This document shows positions 57,951 to 64,000 of a stretch of DNA of 64,000 bases, in pieces. Every line of letters begins with the position of its first letter. The first letter of the stretch is position 1. The notes below the pieces were generated by a model, which worked only from the letters and a program-made list of their open reading frames with translations, searched no databases and had not been told where the DNA came from. The stretch is taken from IMG/VR virus record IMGVR_UViG_3300028832_000109, positions 1 through 64,000 of that record; one strand, written 5' to 3'. This stretch comes from a virus (taxonomy: Duplodnaviria; Caudoviricetes). A program made the position numbers and the translations under genes.

Positions 57951-58691
57951 TTACTGGCCGACCTTGATAACCTTGTAGTCCGGGTTGAACCAGATGTTCC
58001 ACCTGTCATAGGTAATATCAAAGTTGAACTTCATGAGCGTCGCGTTGTTGTAGTTCAGGGTCTGACCCACACCAACCTTAGACGGCCATGCGTTGATGTA
58101 ACGAATGCCCATGATGACGTTCCCGTACTGCCAGTCGTACAGTTCGAGAGTGACATGGGAGTTACGCAGGAGCACCGCCGTCGGGTTGAGGTAGTTCTCC
58201 TGCTGGCCGGTACCGAGGTATAGCTTGTTGGCGCCTTCCTCGATTCGGTTGGTCTCGCTGTTCGTGTCACCCGTACCCTCCTTGTTGAGGATACCGCTGT
58301 TGAGGCAGCTCTGGTTCCAGATGAGCATGGACTCGTAGCAGCGCCCGTCTTCCAGCAGCAACGCGTTGAGCGTCGTCGTGCCGGCGAGGTTCATCTGCTG
58401 GACAGGGTACTTCTTCTCGTAACCCATGTACCAAATGGAGTCAGACTTGATTGCCGCATCAGGAATCTTCGCGCCATCAGAAATGTGGATGCTGAACTCC
58501 TTGGCCGTCTCGTTGTTGGTCCCGAAGCTCTCGCCGTTGGTAGGCGCGAGCCCGCAGGCCTTGAAGATGGCTGAACTGCAGCAGAAACGCCAACGGGTGC
58601 TTCGCACCGGGTCTGACAAGTGGTCAACGTTCGAGCCGAAGAATATCTTCTTCTTGTCGGTAACTTGTACTCCAAACGGATTGCTAGCCAT
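57951..58691 (-). CDS. tail tube protein (gp19-like)
   Basis: Directly after the sheath. YINAWPSKVG...LNY...FNFDITYDRW. Confidence 0.85.
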   Translation of the reverse strand: MASNPFGVQVTDKKKIFFGSNVDHLSDPVRSTRWRFCCSSAIFKACGLAPTNGESFGTNNETAKEFSIHISDGAKIPDAAIKSDSIWYMGYEKKYPVQQMNLAGTTTLNALLLEDGRCYESMLIWNQSCLNSGILNKEGTGDTNSETNRIEEGANKLYLGTGQQENYLNPTAVLLRNSHVTLELYDWQYGNVIMGIRYINAWPSKVGVGQTLNYNNATLMKFNFDITYDRWNIWFNPDYKVIKVGQ

Positions 58692-58706
58692 GTTTTCCTC
58701 CTTTTA

Positions 58707-61700
58707 TTAACGTTCGCCCGTTCTGATGTCGGTGGTTACGATGTTCCCGTTAGCCCGGCTGAGAACGTTAGTGGTCAAGAAGATGTACCGGGTACTGAGC
58801 GTCGGGTACAGCATCAAGTCCACGTTAAGGCGCTTGGCCGCGACAACTTCCGGCGGGTTGTTGCTATCGTCGCACACGACCTTGCTGCCAGTTTCCAGAC
58901 CGCCGGGGTTGGCAGCAATAATCTGGTCGAGCTTGGACTGGAGGTCTTCCGTGATATCGGAACGAAGGCCCGGAGTGTTGAGCTGGAACACCTTGGCGTC
59001 GAGGTAGTCGTAGAACATTTTGTGGATTCCAGCGACAAGCATCGTCACGTTAATCGCGTCGAACGCGCTGTCCTCCATCTGCATCGTGAAGTCGCCGAAG
59101 TAGTAGATTCCCTTCTTGTTGGAACGGATTGCGTTCACGTGAAGGTCGGACAGCTTCGCGATTTCGGATTCAGCATCCTCAGGAATGTTGTACTTCCTCT
59201 TGTACTTCAAGCGGTCACACCATGCGCCAGGAACCCTACCAGTATCCACGCCGGCAGGAACATGCCAGAATATCGACTTGCGGTTCGAAGTGATGAGCGA
59301 AGCCATCGCCACGGACGGAGCCAGTTCGACATTGGTTTTGGTAATGATGGTATCGTGGAATACGAGTCGTCCATCGAAAATCGCGCCCCAGCGTCCAAGG
59401 GTCGAACCGAACTGGCTCGCCGGGGAATCCAGCTTGAGCACCTTCTCGATTTTCTTCTCATCCACGCCGTCAAACAGCGCGAAGCAGTCTTTACGAAGTT
59501 CGCAAACATTCAGGACGGCCTGCATGAACTGCGTATCCAGGGTTTCGTATCCGCGGAGCCCGAAATTCTTGACACCGAGACCGGCACTCACGAAGAACGT
59601 AAGGTCGGACTCATCCTTATCCAAGAAGAGGTTGACCGCGTTGGAAAGCGTGCTGGTCGACATGTTGTTCTTCGGGTCATATTTCCACACCGCATTCTTG
59701 ATTATTGCCGGGTCATCGATGTTGAAGGCCGGGCAAATCATCGTTCCGGACGGAGCGGGCTTGATACCATGAGGCGTAGAAACACCGGCAACCGTAGAGG
59801 AAAGGTCGTAGGAGTTGTCCTCCCTGAACATTTCCATCACGCCGCTGTCATTCAAGATGAACGTCACGCCGGAACCTTCCAGCTCCCTTTCTGCAGTGTC
59901 GCCGATGTAAAGCTGGCGGTCGTTGTACACATACTGCACGACAGTACCGTCAAATTCATACCGGACACCCTTGTAGCTGTAGGCGATGGACATGTACAGC
60001 CGAGATACCGCCTCGCCGTCATCGGTGAGGTCATACACTCGTTCAGACTTTCCGGTGAAGTTGACATCCATGTACCTGATGTTTGCCAACCCGAGGCCGA
60101 CAAAGGTCGCGCCGATAGTTGAATCGGTCAAAACCTTCTCCGAATGGTCGATAACGCATCCGTTGCTCGGTTCAGCGTACTTGAATGCGGCACCCGCCGA
60201 TATACCAACCGTAGTTTCGTCCAAGGCAGCAGCCGTTGTCGAATTCTGAATCGCTTCCGGCACATACACCGTGAAGTTACCGATGAAATAGATGTCGGCA
60301 ACCTGCTTGGACGTGTCGTCGGCAGCAACATGCACCTTTAATGTAGTGCTGGTTGGCGTAGGGGCAACATCCTGGTCGCTATCCCGGGTACCCGGGACTT
60401 CCTGGTTGATGTTGTCGCAGCGAATAACCACGGAAGATGCATCGACCGTCTTGACGATACCCGTAACCGGGTCGGTGAGTTCGTCACATTCGAACGTGAC
60501 AGTATCACCAGCAGCGATGCCCTCCGGCATATCGGAAATATCCGCAGTAATTTCGACCGCCTGAACGAGATACACCGGGTCAACCGATTCCCCGCCCACA
60601 GACACTTGCTTCAGGTCGAATTCCGCAGTATATCCGCTTGCCACGGTCTTATCGGCAGAATGATTCGAGACCGTCGAGATTGAGGCATACACCGTCTTGT
60701 TTGTTTGGGTAAGATTCAGCAACTGGAATTCACCGTAATCGGTTTCAATCCCATCGCCGAAAGCTTCGACCAACTCAACCGTATCGGTTATCGGGTCAGA
60801 ATTCTTTACCATACCGAAGTACAGTATATTCGAATTGTCGAAATCGCCAAGGTCAACGTTCTCGGCTTCCTGAACCGTTTCCGAACTGGCTCGCGTGATG
60901 GCCACGCGGTCACCCGGCATAAAGTCGATGGCGCCGCCCGGGGCAAGCGTTATTGTCTTGCCGTCCTCGGACTTGACTATCGAGCCTTCCTTCTTGAGAA
61001 GGTCACCGACTATCATGCTGTTGCCATACGCAAGGTCTTCACCATGCAAAATATCAAGCAACGCGTTTACCGTACTAGATACGGTAGATTCGCTGTCCAG
61101 GTACAGTGTATGGGTATGTTCCGTATCCGCCCATCCGGTGCTTTCGTTGAGAACGTTGACGGATGCGCTTTCAGCAAGTTCAGCGATTGAATCGCCGGAT
61201 TCTGCCTTTAACGTGAATTCCGTCCCATTGATTGCCGTAACGGCGACGGTTGCTACCTTATCGCTCCATTTCACCAATACGGTATCGCCAACCCAGATAG
61301 AGTTCTTTGCGGTCGGGATGTCAACCACCAACGACGTATCGTTCTCGTGAACCGTGCCGGGGCTTGGCACATCCGTAGACAGGCGAACATACACTTCACC
61401 CCCGTCCTGGCTGCTAAACACCATCGGAGTACCGGATGGCAGCGCAGCGAGTTTTTCCAGTCCTTCCGGCGACAGGAACAGGGAGCTAAATGTCTTCGCG
61501 CCCTTCCCGGAAACGGCGGTCTTGATGCTCAGATAATCCGAACCGTCATCGACGATGCCGGCCGTATCGGAGTACATCAGCACTGAAGGGATGTAGCGGT
61601 ACGTGTCGACATTCAGCTTCGTCTGGTCGTCAGCGGCTTCAAGATAGACGGTCTTGTCGACTATCTGGGTAACCCTGAACGTACTCATCGTAGAAACGCG

Positions 61701-62453
61701 GCCTTCTGCAGGGCCGTAAACGATATCGTCTACCGCAAACCCTACCTTGCTCTTGGAAAGTACGGTAAGCTCGCCCGAACCGGTACGTGCACTCATCGCA
61801 GTATCGACGGGGTACGAACTGTACGCCCTGTTAGCGCCGCTCGGGTCGGCATTCATCAGGGCAAACATGACCATGTCGGTTTCTCCGCGGGCCACGCCAC
61901 CTGCAGAAATCCAGTTATTCCTGCTCGTGAAGTCCTCGGCGGCATCGACATTGAAGTCGACGTTGCTGTTGTTGACTATCGTCTCGGCAATGTTGTTGAT
62001 TTTACGGGTGACGCCGAACTTCGCCGCGCCATCCACCTTGTAACGGGTAGATGCGAAATGATGCACCCCGATGGATGTGCAGTCAGCGTTTTCCGGGTTG
62101 TTTGCCGCGTTGCGGTCGTAGGTCACGACGAACGTATCGGTTTTCAAGTCGCGCTTGTAGTCGCTGGTCTTGTCGATTTCCTCGCCGTAAGGCCTGACAA
62201 ACTCAACATGACCACCCGAGCTGAGAACGGCGCGTGCACCGTACATGCCCTGGTTGTACCGGGGGTTGTTGAACCCGAGACCGAAATAGTCTTCCTGCTG
62301 GGCAGTATTCGTCAGGAGGCAAATCTTGTTCAGCTCTCCCTTGGGGGCAAAGCCGACCACCGCGCCTATAGCCCTTGGAGATTCGACCAGGCTGTAACCG
62401 GAACTGTCATTTATCCCAGTGCGGACGCCGGCCGCTCCCATCCTTGTTGCCAT
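58707..62453 (-). CDS. contractile tail sheath protein (gp18-like), unusually long
   Basis: AVVGFAPKGELN, EFVR, ELRKDCFALFD, LAPS, WHVPAG..TGR, INV..L, VCDDSNNPPEV, LYPTLSTRYI. Confidence 0.93.
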   Translation of the reverse strand: MATRMGAAGVRTGINDSSGYSLVESPRAIGAVVGFAPKGELNKICLLTNTAQQEDYFGLGFNNPRYNQGMYGARAVLSSGGHVEFVRPYGEEIDKTSDYKRDLKTDTFVVTYDRNAANNPENADCTSIGVHHFASTRYKVDGAAKFGVTRKINNIAETIVNNSNVDFNVDAAEDFTSRNNWISAGGVARGETDMVMFALMNADPSGANRAYSSYPVDTAMSARTGSGELTVLSKSKVGFAVDDIVYGPAEGRVSTMSTFRVTQIVDKTVYLEAADDQTKLNVDTYRYIPSVLMYSDTAGIVDDGSDYLSIKTAVSGKGAKTFSSLFLSPEGLEKLAALPSGTPMVFSSQDGGEVYVRLSTDVPSPGTVHENDTSLVVDIPTAKNSIWVGDTVLVKWSDKVATVAVTAINGTEFTLKAESGDSIAELAESASVNVLNESTGWADTEHTHTLYLDSESTVSSTVNALLDILHGEDLAYGNSMIVGDLLKKEGSIVKSEDGKTITLAPGGAIDFMPGDRVAITRASSETVQEAENVDLGDFDNSNILYFGMVKNSDPITDTVELVEAFGDGIETDYGEFQLLNLTQTNKTVYASISTVSNHSADKTVASGYTAEFDLKQVSVGGESVDPVYLVQAVEITADISDMPEGIAAGDTVTFECDELTDPVTGIVKTVDASSVVIRCDNINQEVPGTRDSDQDVAPTPTSTTLKVHVAADDTSKQVADIYFIGNFTVYVPEAIQNSTTAAALDETTVGISAGAAFKYAEPSNGCVIDHSEKVLTDSTIGATFVGLGLANIRYMDVNFTGKSERVYDLTDDGEAVSRLYMSIAYSYKGVRYEFDGTVVQYVYNDRQLYIGDTAERELEGSGVTFILNDSGVMEMFREDNSYDLSSTVAGVSTPHGIKPAPSGTMICPAFNIDDPAIIKNAVWKYDPKNNMSTSTLSNAVNLFLDKDESDLTFFVSAGLGVKNFGLRGYETLDTQFMQAVLNVCELRKDCFALFDGVDEKKIEKVLKLDSPASQFGSTLGRWGAIFDGRLVFHDTIITKTNVELAPSVAMASLITSNRKSIFWHVPAGVDTGRVPGAWCDRLKYKRKYNIPEDAESEIAKLSDLHVNAIRSNKKGIYYFGDFTMQMEDSAFDAINVTMLVAGIHKMFYDYLDAKVFQLNTPGLRSDITEDLQSKLDQIIAANPGGLETGSKVVCDDSNNPPEVVAAKRLNVDLMLYPTLSTRYIFLTTNVLSRANGNIVTTDIRTGER

Positions 62454-62493
62454 ATCCCACCTCACATGGTTTTATATGTTTGTTCTGGCGGGA

Positions 62494-62547
62494 AGTTTAT
62501 CCGGTGGTCACATTTTTTTCTGATTTTGCCCCCTCTAGCGATAAACT
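62494..62547. promoter_or_regulatory. divergent pair of ATAAACT motifs
   Basis: AGTTTAT 62494-62500 (sheath) and ATAAACT 62541-62547. Confidence 0.65.
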
Positions 62548-62579
62548 TGGCTTAAACCGAGCAAAACACGGAAATTACT

Positions 62580-63479
62580 ATGGATAAAAGGGAACTGAAC
62601 CGCCGAATCAACGGGCTGAAGGAGGCCTATCCAGACGAACTGGCCCTAATCGAGGGTATCCAGGACCTGATGAACCGTAAAGTGGAGGTCATTTCCGCAC
62701 AGGAACGGCACGCGCTCCGCCAGTTCCCAATGCAGTTCACCCGCAAGGTCAACCTCCCGGACGGGGAGTGGACGACGAAGCTGCACCAGTGGGCCGACAA
62801 CATGGAGGAAACCCTCCTCGATATCGACCCGTTAATCCTTACAAGGTCCAACTCGCGAGGGGAGTCCGTGCTCCACGCCCTCGTGTTCGCCGCGACAGGG
62901 CGGTTCACGCAAATGGTGAACTACGAACTGATTCAGAAGATGCTCAACAAGAACATGAGCTATATCGAGATGGTCATACCCAACAACGTGAACTCCAAGA
63001 TGGAGGGAAACGCGTGGATGGCCAAAGATAGCCTGCAGAAGACCCCGATGGACTACCTGGTCGAGTTCGCCAACGGGGACGGCGAGGTGGCCCCGGACGA
63101 GCAACTGAAGCAGATGCTGTACAATTTCGGCACGACCCCGGCCGTGGAGGCCCCGGTCGACAACACTCCCAACATCGAGGAAATCACCGAAATCGACCCG
63201 ACCGGCAATGCCGGACCGACCGACTCCGCCCAGGCAGAGGGGCCCGGGCAGCCACAGGCAAATCCCGGACAACCACAGGAAAATCCATCGCAGCCTCAGG
63301 GAACCCCGGGCCAGCAGCAGGAACCTCCGGGACAGCAGGGGCAGGACGGGGAAGACGACCAGAACATCAACGCCACCGAAGACGAAATACGCGCGGCCGA
63401 GTCGGTCGCGCGGGCTGGCGCTCAGGAAAAACACGAAGAGAACCCTATTCTCGAGACTTTGCTCGGGATGACTCCTTGA
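62580..63479 (+). CDS. late protein with ankyrin-like motifs and a Q/P-rich tail
   Basis: NSRGESVLHAL and KDSLQKTPMDYL resemble ankyrin repeat starts. PGQPQ repeats follow. Confidence 0.55.
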   Translation: MDKRELNRRINGLKEAYPDELALIEGIQDLMNRKVEVISAQERHALRQFPMQFTRKVNLPDGEWTTKLHQWADNMEETLLDIDPLILTRSNSRGESVLHALVFAATGRFTQMVNYELIQKMLNKNMSYIEMVIPNNVNSKMEGNAWMAKDSLQKTPMDYLVEFANGDGEVAPDEQLKQMLYNFGTTPAVEAPVDNTPNIEEITEIDPTGNAGPTDSAQAEGPGQPQANPGQPQENPSQPQGTPGQQQEPPGQQGQDGEDDQNINATEDEIRAAESVARAGAQEKHEENPILETLLGMTP

Positions 63480-63753
63480 TTGAATCGACCTCCCGTTCCA
63501 TACGGGATACCCTGGGGCCTATCCCGGAATCATCCATGAACTTGCGGCTGGCCGTCCCGTCCCGTAGCTCGTCTACCCGGAGCCCGTTCGATATCGCCAT
63601 GCGAGCCTCGCGCTCCCCTATCCTGAACTTCTCCATGACGTAGCGGACCTCCGCCGGGATTTCCGGGATTTCCTGCCCGTATTCTTCCTGGAACCGCTTC
63701 TCGTCCATCTCCGGCCAGACGTAGCCTCCATCGCATGCCGCATTATTTTCCAT
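63445..63753 (-). CDS. hypothetical protein
   Basis: 102 aa. Confidence 0.55.
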   Translation of the reverse strand: MENNAACDGGYVWPEMDEKRFQEEYGQEIPEIPAEVRYVMEKFRIGEREARMAISNGLRVDELRDGTASRKFMDDSGIGPRVSRMEREVDSIKESSRAKSRE

Positions 63754-64000
63754 TTCCGTTCACCTTCGCCGCGTGCACCTTGCGTGCCGGGGCCTTCTTT
63801 TTCTTGGTGAGAAGCGCAAGCAGCTTCTCCGGTTCATATATCCGGGCATACCGTTCCTCGATGGCGTCGAGGTCGAACAATCCGTAGCGCAACGTGTGCA
63901 CCACGTCGTTATTGCTGAGCCCGGTTACCTTCATGATGTGGTCAATCTGCTCCTTCTTCGCGCGGACGACTTCCCCCTTGGCGATGTTCCAGCGGTTGGA
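63743..64000 (-). CDS. hypothetical protein, 5' truncated by the window edge
   Basis: The frame stays open to the edge: SNRWNIAKGEVVRAKKEQIDHIMKVTGLSNND... Confidence 0.6.
   Translation of the reverse strand, partial: SNRWNIAKGEVVRAKKEQIDHIMKVTGLSNNDVVHTLRYGLFDLDAIEERYARIYEPEKLLALLTKKKKAPARKVHAAKVNGNGK

Noticed and set aside
26692-60122. Long antisense ORFs (26692-27930, 36337-37356, 53022-54296, 56662-57948, 58620-60122, and also 8429-9718)
   Set aside because: They are shadows of well-supported genes in GC-rich DNA and have no motifs of their own.
1-64000. Stop-codon reassignment, as seen in some gut jumbo phages
   Set aside because: Recognisable genes are full length in code 11 and end in TAA, TAG and TGA.
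1-64000. tRNA or rRNA genes
   Set aside because: Intergenic gaps are short and I saw no cloverleaf or T-loop signature. tRNAscan was not run.
63743-64000. gp62-like clamp loader small subunit
   Set aside because: The resemblance is faint and the gene is truncated by the window.

Overview
This 64 kb window is part of a large, T4-like (contractile-tailed, probably jumbo) dsDNA phage genome using the standard genetic code. It is not a bacterial chromosome. It carries (i) nucleotide metabolism genes (dihydrofolate reductase, thyA, anaerobic nrdDG under a consensus NrdR box, HAD nucleotidase); (ii) virion and packaging genes (large terminase, probable small terminase, gp4-like head-completion nuclease, 1248-aa tail sheath, tail tube, baseplate proteins, tape-measure-like protein, tail chaperone, and a 2512-aa repeat fibre ending in a histidine-phosphatase domain); (iii) recombination genes (Mre11/gp47-like, UvsY-like); (iv) host-takeover genes (sigma-70 factor, IF-1, HD (p)ppGpp-hydrolase-like protein, ART-like protein, Hsp20 with a Q/M-rich arm, two AAA+ ATPases); and (v) glycosyltransferase-like and degenerate sugar-enzyme-like genes. 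The first 169 bp are the 3' end of an IS200/IS605 tnpB element. Two promoter-like motifs partition the genes: TTGCTATATTT (6 exact copies, metabolic and accessory genes) and ATAAACT (14 copies, mostly virion genes). The most notable unexplained signals are: an 18-residue N-terminal leader ending in FE[GS] that is shared in exact register by three otherwise unrelated late proteins (candidate capsid-loading and protease-cleavage tag, one cargo ART-like); the phosphatase-tipped fibre; and a candidate +1 frameshift (CCG-TTT-CGA) in the tail chaperone. All family calls come from motif recognition by eye, and no searches were run. An anaerobic host, possibly Fibrobacter-like, is an inference only.
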